Below are positions 11,925 through 23,783 of a stretch of DNA of 64,000 nucleotides, piece by piece. The notes under the pieces were generated by a model. It was not told where the DNA came from and ran no database searches. It worked only from the letters and a program-made list of their open reading frames with translations. The position numbers were made by a program, and so were the translations under genes. Position 1 is the first letter of the stretch. Every line of letters starts with the position of its first letter. Source of the stretch: Psammoneis japonica (Eukaryota); contig QPGO01000101.1 of the NCBI GenBank assembly GCA_008632985.1, forward strand, positions 124,001 through 188,000, read 5' to 3'.

Positions 11925-12899
11925 GTGAATGCAATGGCGGACCCACAACCACAACAATCAGAGCATCAGAAGAAAACCATGTCAGATGAACTCCGTCCAT
12001 CCGCTGCTGAGGATTTCCATCGCCGGATGATGGAGACAGTTGATGGTTTTGTTCACGCTGACGCTGCTCGTTGTTTGGAGGAACAGAGAGCAAAGGATGC
12101 AAAGGCTGCTGTGTCAAGATCGGCAGAAGCAATGGCAGAAGCCCGTTGTGCCGTTGTGGCTGCAACGACCGCACTTGACAGTGCTTTGTTAAATCCAGCA
12201 ACAACCACTCGTGAATTTAAGCACATCTGTGTGCAGTTGATTAAGTCATCGATCGAGACACACTGTTCAGACAACGACCACATTGTTGCAGTGGAAAATC
12301 ACAGCAAAGCAGAAATGAGTTTCCAACACTTTCTTCGCGGCAACGCATTTGACACAAAAGAACTGGGGCTCCCAATCTCCGTTGCGGGACATCAAAAATC
12401 AGAATTGAGGCTGGCAAATTCTGACACAGATGCCAACAGAGCAGTGGAGAGGGAGCAATCTGCAATTGACAGCATCAACAAATCCATCCACCGCCGTGCC
12501 GTGCCACTCCTTCGAAGGTGACATCTGTCACAGCCGCTGCGCGTCCTGAAGGCTAAAATCACGTTGCTCCACGGGGCCCTTGACGATTTGAGAAGGAAAG
12601 ACGTTGCCTTGCAGTGACAGTGGCAAGCTTTGTGTGATCTGTGGCCAGGCACAGATCAAATGCGGGGAGGTGCATGGACCGCAATCCGGGCTGTGGACGA
12701 AGAAGCCGTGGCAAGAGAAAATGTCCTGCAGCTGGCATTGAAAATCGAGGCACAATTGGTGGCTGTCAACCAGCCTGACCACAGCACCAACTTTCAGCAG
12801 GCGATTGTGGCTGCCAGGGAACATTTCATGGCGCAGGATGACTGGATGGACCGTGTGAGTGGACACTGCATGGAATCCATGAGGAAGCAATTGCTCTAA
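11925..12899 (+). pseudogene. Probable accessory ORF of the Plavaka-type element (convergent with the transposase)
   Basis: Helical ORF pieces 11925-12521 and 12630-12899, with the same TA-depleted, CG-retaining composition as the adjacent transposase. No family recognised. Confidence 0.35.
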
Positions 12900-13346
12900 A
12901 AATGCACACACTGTGAGTGAATGACAGATTGACACGCGCATCCGATTTTAGAAACAAATCTGACCAACAATTCCTTCTGTCCTGTGTGGCCCAAACAAAT
13001 GGGGCCTTTTCTTGCGCTTCCACTGCTCCTGGACATTCTTCACAAACCAAAACATTGTCCCCAATTGCTTTGACAGGGACAACACACAGCTCAGGTGAGC
13101 ACTGAGTCTTCTCAGGCATTGAAAGCCAGTTGTTTCGTTTGTGATCAAGCTGCCAGCGACTGACCAAGTCTGCATGCTGATGCCGTTGCCTCACAGTTCT
13201 CTGGTCAGCTTGACAAGCAGTTGGATGGACAACTGCAAAAATCGATCCTGTGTCTTCCTGTTCGAAGAAACACAGCAAACGGGAGGGAAACTGTTGACTG
13301 CCCTTTCGTGTGCAAAAGGTCACACAGGCAAAGTCATGCCGTGGTC

Positions 13347-14150
13347 CTTCGCTTTTGGAATCGGGGTGCGCACGGTGTGCATCCCTCCCGCTTGCATTGC
13401 AAAACTCTGTCTTACAAGTCAGGTGTGTGTTTTCACTGTCTTCACCAACACAATCCTCCCACTTTTCTGACATGAAGTTTAGCAACACAGGATGAACTTG
13501 GCAACGAGCATGCTCGCTGTTCCACCCAAACGTCACAGCGCCGATCCCTCGGTTGCAGGTGAGAGTGAACGCACTTCCTCCTAGCGTGTGATTGTCCGTC
13601 CTGACTCTTGATGATTCCTTTTTCCCAGTTGGCAAAATCCAACTGTCAGCTGAAATTGCGGCGTTGAGCCTCATTTGGTCCTCCATGCGCGACACGACCT
13701 GCTTCAGAAAACTGTGAGGTTGCGTTGTTGTGCGGCAGATGACGGCAGCTTCGCTTTTGGAATCGGGGTGCGCACGGTGCGCATCCCTCCCGCTTGCATT
13801 GCAAAACTCTGTCTTACAAGTCAGGTGTGTGTTTTCACTGTCTTCACCAACACAATCCTCCCACTTTTCTGACATGAAGTTTAGCAACACAGGATGAACT
13901 TGGCAACGAGCATGCTCGGTGTTCCACCCAAACGTCACAGCGCCGATCCCTCGGTTGCAGGTGAGAGTGAACGCACTTCCTCCTAGCGTGTGATTGTCCG
14001 TCCTGACTCTTGATGATTCCTTTTTCCCAGTTGGCAAAATCCAACTGTCAGCTGAAATTGCGGCGTTGAGCCTCATTTGGTCCTCCATGCGCGACACGAC
14101 CTGCTTCAGAAAACTGTGAGGTTGCGTTGTTGTGCGGCAGATGACGGCAG
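13347..14150. repeat. 402-bp near-perfect tandem duplication (13347-13748 / 13749-14150)
   Basis: In-frame 134-aa repeat in ORF 12826-14175. CTT microhomology at the junctions; two mismatches seen by eye. Confidence 0.95.
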
Positions 14151-15922
14151 CTTGAAAAAGTCTTTCAAGAGACATTCCCCCAAGCCAGCATCAAAGTTCA
14201 TCGCATGTCTGCAACAACAAAGAAACACTGGGAGATGGAGTGTTTCATGAAGCTTTTGAAGCTTCCACCCGCATCCTTCTGTTCGTGGGACGAATTGCAC
14301 TGTCCGGTCAATGAGGAGACGGATTTTCTTGTTTATTTTCTGAACCGATGAACTGGGAGTTGCGCTTGTGATGGGTGGATCGCCTGGCCTGTGCCATGCG
14401 TGGAAGACAAGAAGGTCCTCGAGCAATTGAATGAATTGCCGGACGCTGCAGCCAAGTCTTTTTCCCTTGCATTTTTTCTTTTTTTGGTTGTCGTCACCAT
14501 CCTCAGCCTCACTCTCCTCTTTCTCATCCTCATTTTTGTCCCAGTCACCCTCTTTGGACTCCTCTGACCTTTCATTGTCAGAGTTGTCCAAGCACTCACT
14601 AGGTTGGTGGTGACTCTCAAAGTTTGCTTTGGGTGTCTTGCGATTCTCTGGAACAATGGGTTCGTCTACATCCTTGTCAAGGAAGCATGACTCACATGCG
14701 TTTCGTCCCTCGCTGGTCAACAGGAGAAGGTAGAAAACAAAAGCCATTCCAGCCCAGTGGTGAGAGTTGAGGAAGGCAAGCGACGTTGCTCCTCCTTTGA
14801 AGTTTGTTCGCAAAAAGGATGCTCTGCAAGTTGACTGGTGATTGCTGAAAATCCTTTCCACTGTGCTGTCCACCTCACTTGCGACCACAGGTGTCATGCT
14901 GTCTACAAATGAATTGATCACCCTTTTCAAGGTGCTGTTTTCAAAGAGATGCATCATGTCGCTTGCTGTTGCAAGGGTGACGCCGCATGGTTGTGCGCCA
15001 AAGTCTGCCTCAAAAAGACAGTTGGCAGGTGCGTTGTGTTGCTTGAGGCAATGCAAGATGCCCAACCAGTGCTTCCTTTCTTGGTCTGATCTGTCATCGT
15101 CGTTGGCCTCAGTTTGCACTTGGTGGAGATCCAGTCCTTGGATGAAATCACATTCAATCCATGGGTCGTCCAGTTTGTTGAAGCCAGCCAGGCAAAAACG
15201 ACAGCAACGTTGATGACAGTTGTGACCTCCGCATCGTGCGACAAGACAGTCGCCGCTTTTTGCGTCTCCTGTGATGAGAACGATCAGTGGGATTGCTTGG
15301 AGGCATCGCATCTCATCCCCTCATCGCACGCATGTTTTCATGCCTCCTTTTCTCATGACTTCCAAAAGTGGCTCCAAAATGACACGCAAGCAAGTGTGGC
15401 AGTCTCTCAACGAGCGTCCCTTCTCCGCCTTGCGATTGTTTGAGAGATTCTTTGCCGCAGATGACGACATCTTTTCCAAATCTGGGAGACAACCAGCTGG
15501 TTTCCAGACACTCTTGTCTGACCATTTGTTGAAGGCAACATGTGCAGAGGTCATGATCACTGGTTCTCCGCAATGTGATCCCATCCCTTGTGTCCTGCCA
15601 GTCTTGTCGAGGCAAATGACATTGCGCTCGAGAAATTGTTTCTCTGGGTCAGTTGTCCGTTCTTCGTAACTACGCCTGTGCCACTCACCCGCCAAAAGGC
15701 ACTTGTCATCCGGTCCCTTCGCTTTGCACTTCCCAAAAGGATTGTCTGGATCGGCCATGTTCTCTCTGCTGCACCACAGGTGAGGATCGAGCAAAAGCTG
15801 TTCCCAAACCTTTGTGAAATCCCATCTTGGCACTGACACTCGTTTTGGCAAACCGGTTTTGAAATTTTTGGTTTCTAGAGTGACAGGAATAGACTCGCTG
15901 GGTGGAAGAGGGAAATGCTTGG

Positions 15923-16312
15923 GACGAGTTCCAGGTCCAGGTGGGACCTCGCACTGCTGAACTGTGACATCGACAGTTTTTTGAATCACGTCGCATGTCG
16001 CGCACGTAGATTTCTACGTGATTTTTTCGACATTTTGTGTCATTTTACGGTGCACTTGTTGAGCGATCCGTCCAACAACTTTTGACATTTTTTGTTACAG
16101 CGCGATTCTACAATGTCTTAAGAATCGCGTGGGGCAGGCGCACTTGCAAAAACGTTGAGTGGCAAGAGGCACAATTGCACCACAAACTTGGCCGTTTGTT
16201 TGATGTTGAAGACAAACACATCCATTGATCAAATTCTCGTAATGCGGAGCTCGCACGCAGAATTCTACGGGCCCAATGTCACACGGAGTCCCACCTGGGA
16301 CTGGAACCCATC
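15923..16312. mobile_element. 390-bp MITE with ~25-bp TIRs and 4-bp TSD (TTGG)
   Basis: Left end GACGAGTTCCAGGTCCAGGTGGGAC; reverse complement of right end GATGGGTTCCAGTCCCAGGTGGGAC; TTGG at 15919-15922 and 16313-16316. Removing it restores the transposase frame (..ALTK-HFPLPP..). Confidence 0.9.
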
Positions 16313-17399
16313 TTGGTTAAGGCACGCATCAACTCTTTTCTCCTTGGCAGAACTGTGCCAAGCTTGATGTTGCTGTTGCCAGCGTGCCTCTCAATGAAAT
16401 CAACAGTGCAATCGTGCAATTCCAGGGGAGCACCACGTGTGTCCATGAGCTTCTTGCACAACTCCACACAAGCTCCGTCAAGATTTGTCAAAGAGGGAGT
16501 AGAAGCCAAGGCCTCTTCTGCAGGAGCGTCATGCCTGATCCCCAAACGTTGATCCTCATCGTTGATGTCCTCTTCCTCCTCCATTGTCACGTCCAACACT
16601 GCAGCAAAGGATTGACCACTGCCAACATCCAAATCGTTCATTGCCAAAAGTTCAACTCCTTGCATGCTGTGGTTTGATGAAATGGAGGACATGTCGTCCA
16701 TTCCGTGCAGCGCGTCATCCGGGGAGGGGAACAAGGGGCTGCTGCTCGGATCACTCGTTGAAGATCTTGGGAATCTGCTGCAAGTTGATCGCCTCGGATG
16801 GGTTTTGTCATCATCAGAGGACGAAGAGGAAGAACTGCCACTTTCTTCGGGTGGCCCCTCTGTTGTGGCAGGAATGTCGCTTTGATCTGGGATTGGATCT
16901 TGGGTTTGCAACTCTTGGGCAACTGAGTGACACGTCGGTGAGCATCTCCAATGGCAGGCTGTTCGAAAAAAACTTTGGCCACAACCGGGACAGAGAAGAG
17001 GGTTTCCGTCCATTGCAAATCAGACAATGTTGACAGGGCCTTCATCAAGACTCATGCTCGTTGTCCTTGTCTTGTGGATGAGAAGGGAAAAAAAGAACAA
17101 CACGCAAAAATGGCGGGAAATTGGCAAACATTGCATTGTCTTCCAGATTGGGATGATTCTTGTGGGTGTGGCGCATCTGCACTTTGATTTTTTATCTGGC
17201 ATCCACAACGAACATTGCACTTTTTATTTGCTGTCAAAATGCAGGATGTTGTCTCCGTTGAAACGCAATTGCAGCCACATCAAAAAGTGAGTTGGGCTGT
17301 TCGTTGTCATGTGCAAATGTGTTTTCAAATTTCAGTGTTGCTGACAACAATTTGTGCAATGTCATGGAGAAAAATGGAGTGCCTGGCTGTCTCAACACG

Positions 17400-18756
17400 A
17401 CCCAAACAATGGCTGCACTGTTGAACAGCACCACTCCTCTCATTGTTGCCGTGAAAGATCAAGATGTCGTCTCCAGCACAACCAGCAAAGAAGAGAAAGA
17501 AAAATGAGACTGTTGAGCCAATGAGCCCGAGACTTCAGGCAGTGTTGAAGAGAACAGGTGTGCAAGCAGCGCATGGTGCATTGAAATCAGAAGCAGAGAA
17601 GGTGGCTAGAAATGATCTCTTTCCACAGGTGAAGTTTCTCAGTCCATCAGAATTGGCAAGCAATGGGAGCGTCTCAATGTTTGTCAAGAAACAGATTGCT
17701 GGTGGCAACATGGACACTTCAAATTGGTCAGGAACTTGGGAGGAATGGGCAAAAAAGGCGGTAAAAAGGCAAATTGACAATCGCAGCAACACGGTGTGTT
17801 CGGCTGTTGGGGCGGAGGCAATGGCCCGTAAGTTGAGTGACCAATGTGTGTGATTCGAGAGTTGCGTGCATCTCACAAGAAGATGACGGTGATGCTTTGT
17901 CTACATGGGCATTGTCACTGAGGAAGAGGGAAAGGAAAAAGAAAAGAAACTCAAGGCGGCAGTCAGGAGGAAAAAGCAAAACAGGAAAAAGTCAAGCCGT
18001 GACAAGAATCAAGAGAATGACATCCTGCTGTTTGTGCTGACATGGGATCTGTTTGGCCTGGACACTGTCGCCGGCGGCAAACGAAGGAACAAGCAGGCAC
18101 ACAAGTGGTTCTGTGATCACATCCCACCTCAAACCAAGCAAAAGCAGGCATGGAGTCGCGCCGTCAAAACTGGGAACGCACAGGTCTAACAGTTGTTTGT
18201 GGCAGGTGATGAAGCTTTGGCGCCATTGGCTGTGGAGAATTGTTGGCAGGTGTGGGCATGCAGGAACAAGGAGGAGGCGGTGGAAGAATTGGGTGAGGAA
18301 ATGGAGCCCGAAGAAACAAGGCCTGCCCCTCGGTGCACGAAGCCAAAGAAACAACGAGTGTCTTGGGGAGACGATGGAATCAATTGGTTCAACGATTTGT
18401 GCAAAGAGGTGACGAAAGACAGAGACTCCAAGGAGGGCAAGGAGTTTGAAAAGTGGCATGCGGAGATCAAGAAAAGCGAGCATGAGAAGTCCGGAGAAGC
18501 AAAAAAGAAGAAAAAGAAAGCACCGACCGGTGATGCGGTTGAGGTGAAGGCAATGAACAGCCCAATGGTGGAGAGCAGCAGGGGTGACAATGGCAACGAC
18601 GATGAGCAGGAGGAAGGCGCAAAAGGCAAAACGGATGACGGAGGAGATGAGTCCGATGATGATCGTCAGCTCAGTTTAAGAGAGTTGCAGCAAGAAAATG
18701 TGTGCACAGTTTGCACGGCACTGGGTCATTGCACTGCAGATGCAACAAGGGATTGA
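17400..18756 (+). pseudogene. Accessory ORF divergent from the Plavaka-type transposase, degenerate
   Basis: Pieces with LFPQVKFL..W, then DEALAPLAVENCW..PRCT..SWGDDGINWFNDLCKEVTKDR..FE and an acidic tail. Resembles transposon-associated ORFs I recall from diatoms (not verified by search). Confidence 0.45.
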
Positions 18757-20864
18757 CCCAACCGGTGAAATGCTTTTCTCGTTTAAAATGATGTTTGTGA
18801 AAATTGACAAACCAGGGATTGTGTGGAAATGCAATCACGCATTGGCACATGGCAACAAGGTGGAGGCAGATGTGGTGATGTGGACACAGTGAAAAATGGC
18901 ATGCATGATTCTCAACAAGTTGTTGCAATGTTGGTGTGGCAAACTTGTGACCAGAGGTTGGCCTTTCATCACATGACAACAATGTTTTGCAACATTTTGA
19001 CAAATTGTCATCATGTAAATCTACACATTTTTAACATTTCGTGCACTCTGATGAAAGCACCTGCACTTTTAATCTTCATGTGGCACACATTTGCAGTTGT
19101 GACCACATCTCAAAAACATGCTTCAATTGCCTCCAACACATTGAAATGATGCAAAGAAACCAAACAAAAACAGCACCAGAATCAAAAATGTGGGCATTTG
19201 CAGCAGCTGCAGCATGTGTGCCCACTCCTCAACCTGGCCACCGCTGTGGTTTTCAATCCCAGCTGCAGCTTCATGTCCAGGTGTTGCCAGAAAAGACATG
19301 TTGTCTTTTGAAAAAGGAGATGCTGCTTGGCATGTCAAAAGATGCCCATGCAGAGTGCCTTCTTTTGCAGCATTCTTTGGCTTCCACACAACCAGCAAAG
19401 TTCTTTTGAAGCACAGAATGCCCCCAGCAGCACACTGCTGAATTGCTTGGATCTCTTTCAACCATTGGTTTTGCTTCTTCATTGCAGTGGAAATTTGACA
19501 AATTGCATCTTGCAAGATTCTCCAGGCAAGACTGTGCTGCTTGCAATGATGCAGCAATCACAGCAAAGCAGAAGCAAGTGTGCAGTCAAAGTCTGGCCAT
19601 CCCTGGCATGTGTTGGTTCAAAGAACCAGGCATCCAGTGCACTTCTGCTGTCACTTCCAAAACCAAATTGATGAACTCTCTTCACACCACCAGAGCAGGT
19701 GCATGTTGCACAAAATTGAAACGGATGCCCTCCCTTTTCCCCTCATGATGCAACATTGCTCCAAAAATTTGCTCCACATTTGTTTGGCTGCAAGTGGCAG
19801 TTTCTCCAAAAAATCTTTCCTTGCTCTTCTCTTGTCTTCAAGTTTTTGTGCCAGGGCACAACAAGCAAAAAAGTGCTGCAGCAGCAAGTGCCTTTCAGCC
19901 AAGCACTCAAGTCTGTGGCCATGCTGGATAGAGAAGTTTTTGCCATGTTAAACTTTGCTTCTCAACCAAGCACCAACATGAACAAATGTTGCATGGCAGG
20001 AGCAAGAAAGCTGTGGTGCTCTGCAGCACTTTTTTGGGTGCTCAACTCCAAAAAATGCAAAACACCATGAAAGCTTTTCAGCACAAATTTTTGGATGTTT
20101 TTGTCCAGAAATGTGGTCAAAGAAAACTGGCATGAACACCAATTGTTTTGTCCATGCCTTTTCATCAACCAGATTGAACCCAGGCCAGTGGAAAACATCA
20201 GTGCAAATGCTCTTGATTGCAATCATGCTGCCAGCAGCACAATGCACCGGGGAGCATGCCTCTGCAGCAAGCAGAGGAAGGAGTGACCAAACACAACACA
20301 ATCACCGTTGGCAGCAGGCTGCTTGCGCTGGAAAGGGAAATGTAACTCGCTGAGTCAAGTTGATGGGACAGGCTGAGAGCAAGCTGCACAAAACAGAAAA
20401 AAATGACTCGTTGATGCAGCAGGAGTCTGAGCCCATTGTGAGTGGCCCAGACTGGTGGATGTCACTTGACAAAACAAGTGGTCCTTGTGTTTGCAATCAC
20501 GAGTGACAGTGGTGTCGGGCAGATTTACATTGTTGTTGAGTGCAGGCGTTTGCAAGATGACATGATCGGATCGGCCCATCATTGTGCAGTGATAAAAAAG
20601 GGGCAAGCGAGGTGGGCACAGCAATCCATCTGTCTGCCATCAAACAAGTCCCATCTATGACGGTGAGGTGTGTACAAAGACACAGCAATTGTGCCGTACA
20701 GTGTGGATGCTTGTTGTGGTGGTTTGCAAAACTCAATTGACATTTTCAATCTCTCTCGCATTCTCTCTATTTTTAAGACTGTGCACAAACAATAGAAGTT
20801 GCTATAACTAAATTAGCAGTTACACCAAAAAGATACGAATGCTGACTCCTCCCCTGTCGTCTTG

Positions 20865-23783
20865 TCACTCGTCCATCCCCACTTCACTCTGCTCATCCCA
20901 TGGAAACTCCGGGAGCTCGGGATGAACATACTCCCCATCTCCTATGTAGAAATCCCACCTTGCCTCAAACAAAGCCTTGGCATAATCGAAAAGCCAAACA
21001 TCCATTGGCATTAATGATTTGAGCCTTTCTGCAATCTCAGGTGGGGGCTTGTTGTGAGCGTTTTGGTTTGAAAATGGAAGCTCGGGCAAATCTTTAAGAC
21101 CAAGCGATAGCTGCAGCATTACCATGCTTCGGGGAATGTGTTCAATAAGCCCAAACCATGCCGTCTTATCAAGATTTTTGGCTGCTTCGAGGCACAATGC
21201 TGTCTTGTTTTGGTTAAGTGCGTGTTTTCTCTCTTGGTTTCGTTCGTCAGTCGTAATCCAAGTGGGACTTTCAAAAGTGCCAGCAAGCCATTTAACTGAT
21301 CCGAATCCATCTTTGAAATCTCTGAACTGATTCATGCTTTCGGCGTCGTCCAAAAACTCCTCAAGGGATTGAGTGCTGAATTTCATGCCTTTTGCAAAGT
21401 CCAGCTTTTGTGAAAAATAGAATTGTGAAACAGCACGAGAAACTGGATCTCGTAAGAAAGACACAATATCCGCATCTGTCCCTGGAGTCTTGCCCTGTCC
21501 CAAAATATGGGACCAATCAAAATGCTCGTACCCATGATATTCCCGACCGCCAGTGAGAGTCGGTATGAGCTGGTCTAGAGATGTCCCACCAGACTTGGGA
21601 ATGTGTAGGAAATAGATTGGCCTAGCATGATTGGTCGTAGCTGCATTCTCTGTCATCACGCCTGTTCGAAGGCGTCGATCAGCATACGTTTCGGGCTGCA
21701 GATTCTCTAGCACACCACCGGTTGTATCATGAGAAGTACTGCCAGTTTGAATGGCAGAAGTGACGGCTTCTTCCACTTCTCCGTCCCCGTCGACAACAAG
21801 CCTTGCACACTTCGTCAGATTCGCATATTCTGACTTTAACACATTTTTACAGCGTTGCTCGATAACCGTCAAGTCACCGTTACCGTCGATAAAGGTCTCC
21901 CAATCATCAATGGCATCCAGCCATTGACGGAAATGTTCGCCCTGTCGGAAATGGTCAAGCACAGCTTTGCCTTGTCTTAAAAACTCTTCTTCACCAACGA
22001 TTTTCCTCGTGTCATCGCCAACAACAACAACTGGAACAATCTCGCAAGCGCGTAAATCCGGGCGAAAGGTCTTCGCAGCAGCACACCACATTGAGTCTAA
22101 TCCCCATTCCGAAGGCTGTTTCACATACCACGGAGTCAGAGTTTGGTCGAAGAACCAATGAGCAAAGTCCGCTTTCATCAGAGCAAACGACTGTTCAACA
22201 TATAATGCTGGAATTGGTGAGACTTGCACAAACTCTGGAATGCCGAGCCTCTTCCACAATTGTGCTTCGTGGAATTGATACCAATTCCGCCTGGGGATCA
22301 CAGCATGTCGTGCAAGAGATTCGTCGACAGCCTCATGAAGAGGACCAGAAACAACCGTGTCCCCTTTGCGCTCCATAAATGTGTTCCAAGGGAAGCCCGT
22401 CAATTGCATATCACTGTCCTTCAAGAGAACGTAGTCGTACTGATTGAATTCTTGAAGTGCTGCCTCTACGAATGAAAACTTGTTGAGCGCCTTCTCGCTG
22501 ACATGGATGTGAATGTTGATTGAAGAAGGCAACGATGAAGCCATTGCTTCCAACTGTCCCTTGATTTGCTCATTCATTAACACTACATTGACAATCCATT
22601 TAGACGTAGGATGCCACCTGGACAAGGATTCGGCATCCATTCTCAGTCTATACATTTCTGAAGCAGCGTGTGTGATGTCTTCTAGTCGATAGGTTGTCAG
22701 AACCAAGACGCGCTCTGATCTTGGCAACACTTTTACCTCAATGTCTTTATTCAGGTATCCAAGATCAATCGAAAAGGTAATATGGCCATCGTCATAGGTG
22801 CTCTCGACGCCCGATGTCCCAATCCAAGCTACAGAGGATGTGTAAGATGTCTCTGCGAGGTAGAATAACAATTCGTCCCCGACGACGACTTCGGGCTCAT
22901 CGGGATGCCAGAATGGCTTTCCGTCAATGTCTTCAGAGAATGTACTCTGTAGAATCTTCTCCATACCACGACGCCGCACCGTGTACCCGGTGGCCGCGTA
23001 GTTGTCCGGCGACCAAGAAAGCCATTGGTCACTGTCATAATTTGAGGCGGCTTCTCTAACCACTTCGTTGTTTGTAGACCACTGTAAGATGTTCCAATCG
23101 GATGGAGCGAGTTCCGCGATGGCCTGCCACTGAGACAGAAATGTCGAGGTTAAGACAGCATCGTCTTCAAGGATCAAGGCGTACTCGTGTCCGGCTTTGT
23201 ATGCAAGCAATATCGCGTTGAGGTGGGACAGAAGGGTAGCAGCTTCAATTTCTGTATACTCTTTCCTGAGGTGCTTCTCCCAGTCGAACGTATCCGGAGA
23301 TACTGGCACTATCTTTACTCCGTTGGGAACGAACCTGTCATTTTTAAGAAGCTGCCTGACTTGTTCCACATCCGTTGCAGGAACTCTCGTCGCTTCTAAG
23401 GCATGTCCCGACGAGATTAGATTCGAGATCATATTCTCCATGTGGGCACGTCGCTCCGTAGACTTGTTCAGGTTTATCCAATAAACCGGTAGCGGTTTTG
23501 ATGGACGAGTCTCCGAATTGGCGCCGGCGGTTTCTGGTGTAGAAGAAGAGGACGACTCGACTTGCCCCTTGTCTAAGATTTCCGGTACGACTTGGTTGTT
23601 TGAAGAAGATTCCTCGTTAAGGTTCTTCCTCAAGCCTGTCTGCATCTTCATAGAGCTCATATTCTCCAAGGATGACACCGACGGCACTTGATCACCCGAC
23701 CCGATAGGCACAGAAGTGTCTGCAAGGCTGCAGCCAGCTGTCCACCCTAGCACAAGACATGCGATCCCGAACGACGCCTTCAT
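20865..23783 (-). CDS. Secreted/Golgi multidomain protein: GT25-like glycosyltransferase + DUF707-like domain + sulfotransferase
   Basis: Signal peptide MKASFGIACLVLGWTAGCSLA; GT25 motifs YWINL..ERR, LSHL, LILEDDA; middle YDYVLLKDSD..VEQ..WGLD; PAPS-binding FLHIPKSGGTS and LRDPVSRAVS. Uninterrupted ORF. Confidence 0.85.
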   Translation of the reverse strand: MKASFGIACLVLGWTAGCSLADTSVPIGSGDQVPSVSSLENMSSMKMQTGLRKNLNEESSSNNQVVPEILDKGQVESSSSSTPETAGANSETRPSKPLPVYWINLNKSTERRAHMENMISNLISSGHALEATRVPATDVEQVRQLLKNDRFVPNGVKIVPVSPDTFDWEKHLRKEYTEIEAATLLSHLNAILLAYKAGHEYALILEDDAVLTSTFLSQWQAIAELAPSDWNILQWSTNNEVVREAASNYDSDQWLSWSPDNYAATGYTVRRRGMEKILQSTFSEDIDGKPFWHPDEPEVVVGDELLFYLAETSYTSSVAWIGTSGVESTYDDGHITFSIDLGYLNKDIEVKVLPRSERVLVLTTYRLEDITHAASEMYRLRMDAESLSRWHPTSKWIVNVVLMNEQIKGQLEAMASSLPSSINIHIHVSEKALNKFSFVEAALQEFNQYDYVLLKDSDMQLTGFPWNTFMERKGDTVVSGPLHEAVDESLARHAVIPRRNWYQFHEAQLWKRLGIPEFVQVSPIPALYVEQSFALMKADFAHWFFDQTLTPWYVKQPSEWGLDSMWCAAAKTFRPDLRACEIVPVVVVGDDTRKIVGEEEFLRQGKAVLDHFRQGEHFRQWLDAIDDWETFIDGNGDLTVIEQRCKNVLKSEYANLTKCARLVVDGDGEVEEAVTSAIQTGSTSHDTTGGVLENLQPETYADRRLRTGVMTENAATTNHARPIYFLHIPKSGGTSLDQLIPTLTGGREYHGYEHFDWSHILGQGKTPGTDADIVSFLRDPVSRAVSQFYFSQKLDFAKGMKFSTQSLEEFLDDAESMNQFRDFKDGFGSVKWLAGTFESPTWITTDERNQERKHALNQNKTALCLEAAKNLDKTAWFGLIEHIPRSMVMLQLSLGLKDLPELPFSNQNAHNKPPPEIAERLKSLMPMDVWLFDYAKALFEARWDFYIGDGEYVHPELPEFPWDEQSEVGMDE

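Larger units (their letters stand above)
12900..17013 (-). mobile_element. Plavaka-type (CACTA-related) transposase pseudogene
   Basis: N-terminal CxxC..H; WDF..LLLDP..NPFGK..GEWH; ICLDKT..EP..GCLPDL; GDAKSGD..CRFC; DMMHLFE; GWKLQKLHETLH..NFDAGLGE..LK..QQR. Interrupted by a MITE and a 402-bp duplication. Element termini not identified. Confidence 0.75.
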
